Source of the DNA: Podarcis tiliguerta
Lineage: Eukaryota
DNA length: 64,000 bases
Assembly (NCBI GenBank): GCA_965153285.1
Contig: OZ229112.1
Strand: one strand, 5' to 3'
Shown here: positions 1 to 12,680 of the stretch, piece by piece
How positions within the stretch are numbered: position 1 is the first letter of the stretch
Layout of the letters: each line of letters begins with the position of its first letter
Program-made: the position numbers and the translations under genes
The notes under the pieces: generated by a model
What the model saw: only the letters and a program-made list of their open reading frames with translations
What the model was told of the DNA's origin: nothing
Databases searched by the model: none

Positions 1-354
1 ATCCCAGTGACTGGCCAAGATCACTGCAAGTGGAGGTGATAGGGCCAATCAAAACCCAAGCAGGGAATCTGGACATGAAGCACCTCTTCAGGTTCCCATA
101 AGGGGATACCCCAAGACAGAAGAGCAGGGACTAAGGATTCAATCCAAAGCCCCAGCATGGCTGGCTTTATCTGGCCGGAGAGTGGACCAGAGGGAAGAGG
201 TTCTCCTCAGGTCCACTCCCAAGCCACACCTCCTTGGATGTCCGTGATCGGTCAGAGGGCCAGGCAGGTGCATCCTCGGCAGTTGGCGCAGCTAGAAGAG
301 GCAGAAGTGCCTACTCCTGCTACGCCAAAGCCAAGAGGGGGCTGAACCAGAACA
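1..354 (-). mobile_element. Possible LTR-like relic truncated by the window edge
   Basis: GC-richer block ending ...ccagaaca (TGTTCTGG on minus, an LTR-like TG start) with a TATA-like GATAAAGC on minus near 165; the other end and any TSD are not visible. Confidence 0.3.
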
Positions 355-479
355 ACAGTAGAAACAGGCATTGCCAACAAGGTCATCGTTTGTCTATAGC
401 TCTCTGAATAAGTAGGTTTCTTCAAATGTTGTAGTAAGCCGAGGTAAATAAACCTATCTGTATTTTAATAAATATCTAT

Positions 480-672
480 CTTTATTCTAATAATCTGTAT
501 TCTAATTAGGTTTCTTTTATATTATTTTAATCCTATTAGAGTTTAATTACTTTAAAACAATTGTCTTTTATCTGTTCTTAGCTTTTTGTATTTTATCTGT
601 GTTGTTTTAATTTGTGTTGGCTGCCATGAGTCCTGTTCTGGGAAAAAGGCAGGGTATAAAAAATAATAATCA
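480..672 (+). mobile_element. L2-type LINE 3' terminal remnant
   Basis: T-rich 3'UTR-like tract, then ggctgccatgagtcc...aaaaggcagggtataaaaaataataat, resembling the terminal motif and tail of the other L2 copies here. Confidence 0.4.
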
Positions 673-3600
673 TACTAATAAACCAATGTTTGCCATGAAT
701 GCTGTTAAGTTGCTGCTGCTTTGCTGTTTGTTCCCTGGCTCCAATAAGCCAAGAACAAAACTTTCCTTGCAGTTATGGCTTTTTTGGGGTGGGGGTGGGG
801 TGGAGAAGCAAAGCCTGAGTTCACACGCAGTGCTAAGCTATGCCTCATGGGTTATTTCTCCCAGGCCAAGCAGGACAGAACAATTGACCAGCATGCATTA
901 GTACACTGATCCTTGGTAGTAAGCCATGATTCATGGCTTATTATGATGCACACATGATCCCATTATAGGATGTAGCCTATAATCTTTTATAATGGTATGG
1001 CTGCTTTTAAGAGTGAATTTGGCACTGATTCTTTGTACTGTTGGTCACATATCACTGTTAAGAGAGAGTGAGTGTGCTTTTTCCCTTCTACATTAATGGA
1101 GCACTGTGCTTGAATTGGGAAGAGTTCCATTCCCGTAGTCACACCCCTTATGTAACCTTGAGTTCCCCCAGCCAGTAAATGTCAGAATTATGAGCATGTG
1201 CACAGGAATGTATATATAATGGGGGTATATTCTAGAATTCTAATGCTGTGGGTGTATAGGAAATAGAAGAGTCTAGATGAGAGGAACCACCTGTGGCTGC
1301 CTGAGGTATGGCTGGTCCTGGAACTCCCACTGCTTTCTGCCATTTCCTCAGGAAACTGACAGAGGGCAGTGGCGCAAAATGATGACTCCCAAGCCAGCAC
1401 ACACAGTTCAGAATGCCAGTGTTTTGTTGGGACCAGTGTGCTCACAAGTGTCTGTTGTATGTATGTGCGCATGTTTTCACATATGCGTGCATGTACCCAA
1501 AAATCAGTGGGAGGGTTACAGTGACCGAAAGAGAGCTTGAAAGTTGGAATGTAGAGCATATTTTTCAGAAGCTAATTGGTCTAGTTTACCTGCTGTGGCT
1601 GTAGATGATGAAATATTCCAAATCCACTTCTGTTCGAGGAAGCCTAGGTGTCTCGTGCCCCTCTCTCCTTTATCCTAGAGATCATAAGCTTCCTGTGATT
1701 TTTAGCTCTACTCCTCTACTCTATCACTTAATATAAAGAGAAACAAGTGTTTTGAACCACTAATTATTCAGGGACTCTTTTCTCTTACACACTACTGTTT
1801 GAACTTTAGATGAACACTCTTTGATCATAAAAACATTAGGACAGTTATTAGGTGAAACTTCCTTTGAAAGGCTGTTGCTAGTTACCACACATTAAGATAG
1901 TGATTACGGTACTTTTAGAAATTCACACTGTATAAAGCTGGGAAAGGGATACATACTTCTTAAAAGACAGAAATGGGGTTCCCCTCCCTAAAAAAAGTCT
2001 AATAAAAATAAAAAATGACATTGTTGTTAAATATGCATAATTGGAAAATGAAATAGCACATAGATTTTCCTTACAGCTTTTACATTGTCACTAATTTCCA
2101 TGTATAATTATTAGTTTAAATACAGTTTTCCTTAGGAAATCACACCTCCATTTTTTAATTTTCTCAATTTTGTTTGGAAATCATATCTTCTGGCAACCTT
2201 TGTGACTGTTCAACAGTGGGAATCCCACTAACTTCTTAGTTTTCTTTAACTGAACAATATTTTATTTTAGAACATTCCTTCATTCATAGTGCAATGGTTT
2301 AATATACAAAGGGCACCTGCAGAAAAACAAAACAGTGCAGAAAGGAACAAAAAGGAAATGGATATCATTCCAATTATCTTTTCACATTTATTGTGACTTT
2401 CTGTGTTGAGCTGCAGTATTGAAAACAGGACTGGTGTTTAAGCGTGATGAGAAATTAAGCCCTTCAGACAAGGGCAGCAGTAGATTTTAATTCCATTATT
2501 TAGGTGAATGAATGTTCATTGAAAAATGAGCTGTCTCTATGTTTTAATAAACAGATATGGAAATATGGCTCAAACTTTTATGGAAATCAGTCACCATTCC
2601 TGCTTACTGTTGTATTCAAATAGAATTCTCTGGTTCTTAATCTCATCACATGGCAAAGACCGCATCCTGCTTAGCTGCTAATTATTCTTTTAAAATTTAT
2701 TTAGACAGATTATTTTGCTTAGTGATTTAATAACTGCACTTAGCTTTTTGAATTAATTGCTGCCCTGAGGTATGATTGCTATTCATAAACATAGCAAACT
2801 CCATTTCTACAGAAGTAGAAAACTAAGAGAAGTTTATGAGATGTCTTGATGGCCACCCCCAAATATACACAGTGGAAGGACAATATGAGACATTCAACAC
2901 CCATCATGTTCTGCTGATAATTTAATTTTATTTCTCTGACTCATCCTGGTTTCTGAAAACTATGCACCACACCCTGCATTATTTTGCCATAAATAGGTCC
3001 TATTTTGCAATAATACTATAAATCTCACCATTAAATTCTGCATGACAAGAATGAAAGAACCATAGCAGACAATATATTGAATGTGTGCATGCATTAAACA
3101 TGCCTTATTTTCAACTTATAAAAACAGCTGCTGGGTGTGTGTGGCGGCGTCCGATCAGGATTGTGGCTGCAGTCTATGGACAGCAACCATTTCCTTATGT
3201 GCCACAGTCCTATTGAAAACTATTTTCCCTGAAGCTACTATTATCAGTGGGGAAGAAGCTGCAACTAGAACATATAACAGCTTAGCTTCTGGGGTCAAAC
3301 AGCAACTTGGAGGGAAAATTTCACTGAAACGGAAGGAAAGGTTTTTTTAAAAAAACCCTCCTTGTGTGGCATGGTCCCAATGCTGATGGAACAGCATTAA
3401 CAGTATTATCTTTAAAACAAGGACCAGGCATGTTAACAATCTACTTTATGACCTAATCCCATGAGCAGTAATCTGAAGCAGCCTAAAGGTCGGCAGATGT
3501 ATGTGCAAAGGGCTTCCTCTAAAGAAATGGTAACCTGTCAACCCAAGTGGATAAAACCCTATGTGACTAGGCCCCCTTCAGACTGATTCTGAATGCCCAT

Positions 3601-3681
3601 TACCTGGAAGGGGGCATGACTGGTGCATTCATCACTATGTAGGGGAAGACGCTCATTATTGAGAACCTCTTTATGCAATTA

Positions 3682-3903
3682 CAGTGGTACCTCGGTTTAC
3701 GAACTTAATCCGTTCTGGAAGTCCGCTCTTAAACTGAAACCGTTCTTAAATTGAGGTGCACATTCCTTAACGAGGCCTCCGGCCACCGGTGCCCTTCCAC
3801 CATTCAGCTTCCGTTCTTAGACCGAGGTAAAGTTTGCAAACCGGGAAACTACTTAAACTGAATAGTTCGTAAACAGGGCTGTTCTTAATCTGAGGTGCTA
3901 CTG
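3682..3903. mobile_element. Tc1/mariner-pogo (Tigger-like) MITE, divergent subfamily
   Basis: Ends CAGTGGTACCTCGG ... TGAGGTGCTACTG, TA on both sides (3680-3681, 3904-3905); same termini as five other copies but a different interior. Confidence 0.85.
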
Positions 3904-4261
3904 TAGTATTCATGAATATTGAAGGCATGAATAGATCTAATGACACACAATGCACAGTCTAAGAATTTCAGAACTGTAGCCTAGTCCAGAATTCTACAGT
4001 CTCTGCAATACAGCAGCATAGAACTTACACAAGTGGGTTTCCCTACTCAGTTCAGCAGAGGAAGCATATCTTCATGTTTACAGAAATGGTGATAGATCTC
4101 TGCATAGTTACCACTGGATCATGTGTAGAAGGGCAATTCAAAGTATGCTAACATTACTACTAAAGGAAATAAGAACATGATGAAAAAAGTTACATGGGTT
4201 CAAACATGATTTTCACTAAAGATTATAAGTTTTATTGGGGATCAGTGAATATGAATCATAT

Positions 4262-4289
<28 letters not shown>
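4262..4289. repeat. (GA)n microsatellite
   Basis: Direct inspection. Confidence 0.9.
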
Positions 4290-4293
<4 letters not shown>

Positions 4294-5159
4294 TTGTATG
4301 TGTGTTCAGTGGTTTCACACTAAACTATGCACCATACTGTTCTCAACATGTCCTACCCTTTGTAGATTGACAAGAGGCTCTGGTTTCTACAGTATGTTAA
4401 TAAACTGCTCTCCCTGTCTCTCTTGATCAGATTGACAATTATATTAAATTTCATGAGACTCTTCTGAAAGGCAAGGCATTGTTCTCAAGGAAGCTAGAAC
4501 ATCAAATTCAATTCAATGACAGCTACATTTTGGCTTCAAAGCAGGTTTTTGGAGTTTAAAGCTATTGCCAAACTCCTCTTAAGCCAATCAATGAATGCAA
4601 CAAATTTCATGAATTGCAGCTTAAAGCTTCAAAGGAAAAAAAAAGTGTGCCCCATGACAGATGCAGATGGTGTGTTTTTATTGTCAGGATTGCTATTAGT
4701 AATTACTGTACCTAATTTCCCCCCTGTGACTAGCAGGGCTTTTCTTTTTAAAAATTCACTTCCAATTAGAACACAATCATTGAAAGAATGTGAAGCAAAA
4801 GGAGAATGTAGAGGGGAAAAAATATGTTTTGCAAGTATCAAGGATACAAACATGACCATGAATACATTGAGGCTAGAAATCAGATTATTTTCTACTCATC
4901 AGAAAAGTAAAACTCTGTAAGAAAGGATGCCAAAATCATTTTCCAGGACAAAGGCTATGATTAAGCTAATGAAAAAGTCACAGAAGGAGGCAATTTAATT
5001 TAATTTAATTTGAGACGTAATATTCAATGCCTTTTAATCTGATACTTCAATAATTCCATGTTAAAATCTTGAAGGATTTGGTTTTTAGGATAGATGTTTA
5101 CAGATTCCCCTCATTCTTAATGTCCATTTCATAATATCAGAGATGGGGCATAACTTGCA

Positions 5160-5161
5160 AA

Positions 5162-5193
<32 letters not shown>

Positions 5194-5210
5194 GAAAAAG
5201 AAAAAGAAAA
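5160..5210. repeat. (AAAG)n microsatellite
   Basis: Direct inspection. Confidence 0.9.
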
Positions 5211-5851
5211 CGATAAAAAAAGCACAGGTCCTGGCTCTGTCCCCCAGCATACCAGACAGGTGTGCCTTGACACCACATGCCAGGCAACCATCTCTTCTGC
5301 ACCTAGGTTGCAAAAGTGTCCTATAACTCTTCAGCAGGGCTGCCCCGCCCCACACATGAGGCAGACTGAGGCATCCACCTCAGGTGGAAGAATCCTATGA
5401 GGCAGCACCCCCATGGCACACCATCTACCCCTGCCACTGCTTTAAAAGTGGTGGTAGCTTCCAGAGAGATCTCTAGACCGTCCAGGTATGCCTATTTTCC
5501 AGGGACATCCCTGATTTAGAGAAGCCTTTCCAGTTTCTGATTTGATCCCAGAATGTCCCACTTTTCCTTAGGAGGTCCCTATTTTCATTGGAGAAATGTT
5601 GGAGGGTATGGAGTTATCCATCCCCCAATCTGTCTGAAAGCAATACTGTATAGGGAAGTTGTTGGTTTTTTTTTTAATGTTGATAGGTAAGGATCTCTCC
5701 AGAAGCCACTGTTGTGCAACATCCAGCTTTGGCCAGGGTGGGATGGGATGGGGGCAGAAGGTGGGAAGCACCTTCCTGTTTCACCTCAGGTGTAAAAATG
5801 GGTCTCCAGGATAGATGGCGGGATGTGTATCTGTGCTGAAGCAATACAGTA

Positions 5852-6449
5852 CAGTGGTACCTTGGGTTAAGAACTTAATTCATCCTGGAGGTTCGTTCTT
5901 AACCTGAAACTGTTCTTAACCTGAGGTACCACTTTAGCTAGGGACGCGGGTGGTGCTGTGGGTTAAACCACAGAGCCTAGGACTTGTCAATCAGAAGGTC
6001 GGCGGTTCGAATCCCCACAATGGAGTGAGCTCCCGTTGCTCGATCCCTGCTCCTGCCAACCTAGCAGTTCAAAAGCACATCAAAGTGCAAGTAGATAAAT
6101 AGGTACCGCTCCGGCGGGAAGGTAAATGGCATTTCCGTGCGCTGCTCTGGTTCACCAGAAGCAGCTTAGTCATGCTGGCCACATGACCTGGAAGCTGTAT
6201 GCCGGCTCCCTTGGCCAATAAAGTGAGATGAGCGCCGCAACCCCAGAGTTGGTCACGACTGGACCTAATGCTCCCTTTACCTTACCACTTTAGCTAATGG
6301 GGCCTCCTGCTGCTGCCTTGCCGCCGCCGCACAATTTCTGTTCTCATACTGAAGCAAAGTTCTTAACCCAAGGTACTATTTCTGGGTTAGCGGAGTCTGT
6401 AACCTGAAGTGTCTGTAACCTGAAGCATTTGCAACCCAAGCTACCACTG
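5852..6449. mobile_element. Tigger-like MITE interrupted by a Sauria SINE
   Basis: CAGTGGTACC...CTACCACTG termini with TA flanks; with the SINE removed, the interior matches the reverse complement of the copies at 39519, 57652 and 61257. Confidence 0.9.
5941..6282 (+). mobile_element. Sauria-type SINE (tRNA-derived head, BovB-related 3' end), near full length
   Basis: Starts GGGACGCGGGTGG; box A-like TGGTGCTGTGG; box B GGTTCGAATCC (6004-6014); ACCTTT-type tail; 14-bp TSD TACCACTTTAGCTA at 5927-5940 and 6283-6296. Confidence 0.92.
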
Positions 6450-6833
6450 TAAACTTTTAAGTGACTGAAAAGAAGTCTCTCTTACACTGTTAACATCTGC
6501 CTGCTATATGTATACAACAAATTACAGATGGATATATCTCTTTGTTTCCCCCATTTTATTACCTTCCACTCTGCCATGAAGAGTCACAAATATGTTGCCT
6601 TGCTATTTTGTCAATTCTTAGCTGCATTTTGTAATTTATGTAAGTTATCTACCCTAGTAAAACCTCTATTTCTAATATGTGCAGCTCCCCAAAGTTCCCA
6701 CCGACCGGTGCTGATAAAGCATTTTCCACAAAAACCTCTCAACTCAAAACATTTTTAAAGTTTAGGGAAATGTGGCTACCTCAATTTCATAGTAGAAATA
6801 TGAATCCTTTCATGTCCTCTACTTCTAAGTAAT

Positions 6834-7804
6834 TTTTGTTGTTGTTGTTGTTTAGTCGTTCAGTTGTGTCCAACTCTTCGTGACCCCATGGACCAGAGCA
6901 CGCCAGGCACTCCTGTCTTCCACTGCCTCCCGCAGTTTGGTCAGATTCATGTTTGTAGTTTCGAGAACACTGTCTAACCATCTCGTCCTCTGTCGTCCCC
7001 TTCTCCTTGTGCCCTCCATCTTTCCCAACATCAGGGTCTTTTCCAGTGAGTCTTCTCTTCTCATGAGGTGGCCAAAGTATTGGAGCCTCAGCTTCATGAT
7101 CTGTCCTTCCAGTGAGCACTCAGGGCTGATTTCCTTAAGAATGGATGTGTTTGATCTTCTTGCAGTCCATGGGACTCTCAAGAGTCTCCTCCAGCACCAT
7201 AATTCAAAAGCGTCAATTCTTCGGCGATCAGCCTTCTTTATGGTCCAGCTCTCACTTCCATACATCACTACTGGGAAAACCATAGCTTTTACTATACGGA
7301 CCTTTGTTGGCAAGGTGATGTCTCTACTTTTTAAAATGCTGTCTAGGTTTGCCATTGCTTTCCTCCCAAGAAGCAGGCGTCTCTTAATTTCGTGACTGCT
7401 GTCACCATCTGCAGTGATCATGGAGCCCAAGAAAGTAAAATCTCTCACTGCCTCCATTTCCTCCCCTTCTATTTGCCAGGAGGTGATGGGACCAGTGGCC
7501 ATGATCTTCGTTTTTTTGATGTTGAGCTTCAGACCATATTTTGCGCTCTCCTCTTTCACCCTCAGTAAAAGGTTTTTTAATTCCTCCTCACTTTCTGCCA
7601 TCAAGGTTGTTATCCCCTTCATGGATCACTGCCTTGCCGTGGCGAAGGGGCTGAAGAACTCAGAGAAGCTATGAACTATGCTGAGCAGGGCACCCAAGAT
7701 GAACAGGTCATAGTGGAGAATTTTGACCAAACGTGATCCACCTGGAGCAGGAATCGGCAAGCCACTCCAGTATCCCTGCCAAGAAAACTCCATGGACAAA
7801 GACA
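6834..7804 (-). mobile_element. BovB (RTE clade) LINE: 3' segment on minus (6834-7610) plus an inverted 5' segment (7611-7804)
   Basis: Minus-strand ORF TTLMAESEEELK...FELWCWRRLLRVPWTARRSN...RGRQRTRWLD; (CAA)n tail; 13-bp TSD ACTTCTAAGTAAT at 6821-6833 and 7805-7817. Confidence 0.95.
6852..7610 (-). pseudogene. BovB ORF C-terminal part (RT downstream of YADD plus C-terminal domain), uninterrupted but 5'-truncated
   Basis: About 250 stop-free codons with typical BovB motifs; begins at TTLMAE, so the catalytic YADD is missing. Confidence 0.9.
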
Positions 7805-10608
7805 ACTTCTAAGTAATACCTGGTAGCAAAATATTGTCATAACATGAAGCCCCTGAAGCAGTCAAATGGCCTTATTAGACTGCTGAACCCCCACTTCTTT
7901 CTCCAACTAGCTGATATTATGAGGTGGGAAGGTGTATTCCAACATATGGTGGTGGAATTCTGGAAATGTACAGGATCTATAAATCAATGAACCTACATGT
8001 CTTCAAAGCTAATCATTTCCAAAGCCATTTTATGATTTTGGATGCTTAAGGTTAGTAGTCCTAGGGTGGGAACCTAAGGTGAATATGGGATGGGAGTGGT
8101 GGGTGGTATGTTGATGAGTTATGTGATTCATAATAGTGCCTATTACTTGATTAAGACAAGGCACAATCACGTAGGTGTTTGACTGATAAGTAAAATCACA
8201 ACTGCTTGCTGAAAGATTGGAGAGAGAGAAAACTATTAATATTCATGACCCCACACAGATATGCCTAAACTTCTCTCTCTGTCTATCGTAATCTCTCCAC
8301 CTAGCCTGCCTTTCAATTTACCACAGTCTAAACTCATGAAATGAGTTAATCACATGCACAACTCAATCATTAGCATACTTAAGGGCATGCTTGAACTTTT
8401 GGGCATGTGCTTAAATCTTCTTTAATGCTTAGGTTCCTTTCTGAACTGAGGTGATCCTAATTACTAGATTTGCCAGGGAAGTTAACTTTGGTGGAATAAG
8501 GGTCTGCAATTCCAGCAAATCCCCTTTCTATTACTGTGCTTAAGGTTAGACTAGCTCTTCTTGCCTATGCAATAGAATAGCAGCTTTGTTCTGTCCCATC
8601 AGTCCCTTACATAAACAAGGGGGCTTTGCCATTCTGTTACAGAAGGAAAAATAAATCCAGGTCGCATGTAATTGTGTGTCTCTGTGCCAAACCTAGGGCA
8701 TATTCTTGTGCAATGGCTGTACAATGGTACACTATAGTTCTTCTGGATCCAAATGTTTAGTCTCTCTGCTAGCATGTGCACTGCAGGAGTACTGAGTTTC
8801 CTTGCCTACATATGCACCACCCTGCAAGAGATTTTAATGAACATGCTCTTTACTGCCATGTGGAATTTGGTTGCCTGGTGTGTGTTTCCAGACAATAAAA
8901 ATAAAATAAAAAGGGTTGCTTTAATTGTTAACACTAGCTCTTCAGCTGCACGTCAGATGATAACAACAGCATACTTTTTTAGCTGCCTTTGTAGAAGATG
9001 AAGAACAGCTACTGCCTTAGTGTCCCAAAGAAATACCTAAAATAGGGTTAGGGGACAAAATGTATGCATCCTGGTTAAAACGCTGAAAGGGAGGATTCTT
9101 CCCTTCAGGCATGTAAACAGATCAGAAGCAACTAGCAGGGGTTGGAGGTGGGAAGAGAATTGCATAATGCACCATCTACCTCTTTCCTCCTCTAGCACTG
9201 TTGGTTAAATTATCCTAGGAGATGATTGCTAGGTGTGCTCACCAGCGTTCTTGTGCATATATTCACAACACACAAACAACAATAGACTGGTTTCACTTAT
9301 GGAGAGCTGTCCCATCTGCTCTTCACAAATGAAACTGGCATGTCCTTCTCAATAAATAAATATAAATGAGCACAGAATAGACATTGATTGGAAGTGTCTA
9401 GCAGTAGGTTGAGGTTGCTTTTTCAAAAGCAAAGCAAAGCATCCATTTGGAAGGGCTAGGGAAGAACTGACCCTTCTCCTGGGAACAGTTCATAGTTTTC
9501 TGTGAAAGGCTGCCAAGCACAACATGAACCCACTGCTCTATGATATAGTTCACAATGGGTTAATATTCCACTTTTTCTAGGCCAATAGCACAACCTTTCT
9601 GTTTCCTTGCTCAAAAACAAATCAAAACGCTGAAGCCTTCAGCCCTGACGAACAAAGAAACGGGTTATACAACTAATAACAAGGAGATGTTTTAGAAGGT
9701 ACTTAATTTGCAATGTTAGTATTAACATAACAGTAAAAAAATATTTAATAAGGAACCCATTTATTGTGGCAGAAGAATCCCCACCCCCTGAGGTTGATAA
9801 GCTCTGTTAGATGCTTCTGTCAAGAAAGGAAATATTTTTCCAGTGGTTGCACAAACAGAATAAACCAGAGAAATAACATTATTTCAGATAAATGATCAAT
9901 CTCTCCATAGTCCTTGACGCTCATTTCAAAGAAGATTTCTGCTGGGGTACACCAGGAAGCCTGTCATGCATGTAATAGAATCAAAGAGGTCCATTATAGT
10001 TCCAAATTGGTATGATCTCTGTTTATCCCTGAACTCACTTTCTCTAGCAGCAGGTCCATGTCCAGAGTCCCTGGTAGCTTTTTAAACCTGACAAACTGGT
10101 TTAAGAAACTACTGAGAGAGTCTCTTCTTCTCCTCCTCAGGAAAATTTTATTTCATGTGGCCTTTTATTCTATAAAACTTGCAAATATTAGTGTTACACT
10201 AGACACAAGAATGCTGAAGATTAAATCAATTTTGATTTTGACCTTGATGACATTTCTAATCCCTCCACCCTGATCTACCAACACCTATGAGTTGCTATTA
10301 TGACACTTTGAATTTGAGACTATATTATAATGGACTCATTTCAGCCGAAGATGTGTAGATTTGGGGATGTCAGATAGTACAGTTAAAATAAAACACTTTG
10401 AATAACAATGAACTATGCTGTGAAGTCTGGAATCAAACAGCTTTAGAAAGAATGCTGGAATATGTGTGTGTGTTTATGTAACTGACCATCTGAATCATGC
10501 CAGAGCATTCACCAAACCATCACAATGCATAATATAGTATAATAATGAATGTGTATCTGCTTCATAATCTCAACTGTTCATCAGAACCTGCTAAAATAAT
10601 TTATGTAG

Positions 10609-10725
10609 ACCACTGGTAGCCAATATGGTATTCTCCAGTTATTTTTTGACTCCAACTCCCATCCCCCACAGCCAGCAGGACCAATGGTTGAGTTGATTTG
10701 GAGGGTACTACTCTGTCTACCCCTG
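10609..10725. mobile_element. Degraded hAT-type palindromic MITE
   Basis: Contains gactccaactcccatc and ends ...ctacccctg, similar to the copies at 15226 and 61101. Confidence 0.45.
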
Positions 10726-11324
10726 CTGTAGAGTGATAATGTTCACAATTACAAAAGGGCCAGTTTCTGAGATAGCAGGTTTCAGGGCCAGTTTCAGGGC
10801 CAGTTTCTGAGATAGCAGGGGAATAAGAGTGCCAACATCTGGCTCATCAAAGGCAAAAACTAAAGTCTTGCTGTGCATGCACAAGGCTTTGGGTGCACCT
10901 AGAGTCAGACCCTCTCTCAAACAAAGAACTTGAAAGTTTGCACACTTTTATTACATTTACTTGGCCTAATAAACGTAACACTATGATGTGGATTTGAGAA
11001 GTTCTCCAGATTATGACCATAGGATTTTATGATTCTACAAACCAGGGAGTCACAAGGAAGAACAAAAGCCTTGTGCAAACTTCAAGTGGGATTACAAACA
11101 TCATGACATTTTCATAAATATTTGTTTCAGAGCAACCTGCAGTTCATGTTTTTTTTTTGTTTACCAGCTTCTCCATCAAACCTCTGTTTGAGTAAGCTTA
11201 GTCTACCTGTTTGTTGTGGCAGATATTTCATAGTGAGTGAAATTTTCACATATGGGCTTATTTCAAAGTCCCCATGTGAGAACTGTACCACATAAATGGA
11301 AGACTTTTTAATCTACTCTCATTA

Positions 11325-12680
11325 TACAAAGGCAAGGGGAAACAGAGTGTAGTCAGACATGTACTCTCTGGACTTTAAGAAGGTCGATTTCAAAAAGCTT
11401 AAGGAACTACTGGGTGAAATCCCATGGTCACAAATGCTTAAAGAGAAGGAAGTACAGGGTGGATGGGAGTTTCTTAAAGGCAAAATATTGAAGGCACAAA
11501 GGCAGACAATTCCAACAACAAAGAAAAGTGGGTGGAACCTAAAGAAACCAGTGTGACTACATAAGGAGTTTACAGAGAGGCTGAGATTTAAGAATGGCAT
11601 GTGTAAGAAATGGAAGAAAGGAGAAACCATGAAAGAGCATACACAAGTAGCTAACTCTTGCAAGGAGGTCAGGTGAGCCAAAGTTCCAAATAAACTCAGG
11701 CTTGCAAGAGAGTTTAAATGTAACAAAAAAGGTTTCTTTGGTTATGTTCAAAGCAAGAAGAACAAGCAAGGAGTAGGTCCCTAGCATGGAGAAATGCTAT
11801 TGGGTGATAGGGATAAGGCAAAATTGCGCAACATCCACTTAGCCTCGTCACGCAAAAGGAAAGCAGTGCCCAACCTAGTAACAGAATAAATGATGCAAGG
11901 AGGGAGCTACAGCCCGAGATAGGCAAAGAGGTGGTAAGGGAACACCTAGCTACTTGAAATGAATTTAGAATTCCAGGGCCTGATGCACCTAAGGGTGCAC
12001 CTAAGGGTACTAAAGGAGCTTGTGAATGTAATATTAGAGACTTTGTCTATAATCTGTGAGAATTCCTGGAGAACAGGTGAGGTCCCTGTGGACTGGAGAG
12101 AAGCAAATGTCTCCATCTTCAAAAAGAGGGGAAAAGAATATCCAGGTAACTACTGGCCGGTCAGCTTGACATCAATACCAAGAAAGGTTCTAGGACAGAT
12201 AATTCAACAGTCAGTCTACCAGCACTTAGAAAAGGATGCTGTAATTACTAAGACCCCGTATGTGTTTCTCAGAAACAACTCAGCCTGGACAAATCTTGTT
12301 TCTTTTTTTGATAGTTACAAGCTTAGTGGATCAGGGGAATGCTGTGGTCATAGTGTATCTTGATTTCAGCAAGGCTCGTGACAAAGTCCCCTATATTTTT
12401 GTGGAGAAGCTGGTAAGATGTGGGCTGGGCAAGGTTACTTTTAGGTGGATTTGTAGATGGCTGATGGAATGCAAAGAGTGCTCACTAATGGTTCCTCGTT
12501 ATCCTGGAAAAAAGTGACAAGTAGAGTGCCGCAGGGTTCTTTCCTGGGCCCTTTGTTGTTCAAAGTCTTTATAAATGACTTGGATGAAGGTATTGGGATG
12601 CTCATAAAATTTGCAGATGACACCAAACTGGAAGGGGTAGTCAATGCTGCTGAAGACAGAATAAGGATTCAGTATGATTT
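11325..12680 (+). mobile_element. CR1 LINE ORF2 fragment, decayed (linker plus RT)
   Basis: Frameshifted peptides LDFKKVDF..LGEIPW, SWRTGEVPVDWREANV..FKK..PGNYWPVSLTS, YLDFSKA.DKV, VPQGSFLGPLLF..FINDLD, KFADDTKL. Confidence 0.93.

Noticed and set aside
1151-1520. TGTAACC...GGTTACA bounded block with a TATA-like run, as a solo LTR
   Set aside because: Only a 7-bp inverted match, no TSD (cctta vs gtgac) and no poly(A) signal; unresolved
5335-5800. Repeat-like sequence, possibly nested non-autonomous DNA elements
   Set aside because: Could not define termini or TSDs
5941-6020. tRNA gene
   Set aside because: The A/B boxes belong to the SINE head; no cloverleaf
6880-7395. 171-aa plus-strand ORF
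   Set aside because: Antisense shadow of the BovB coding frame
6852-7622. 256-aa ATG-initiated ORF as a functional gene
   Set aside because: The MKGI start comes by chance from the antisense of the inverted segment, and the product lacks the RT catalytic motif
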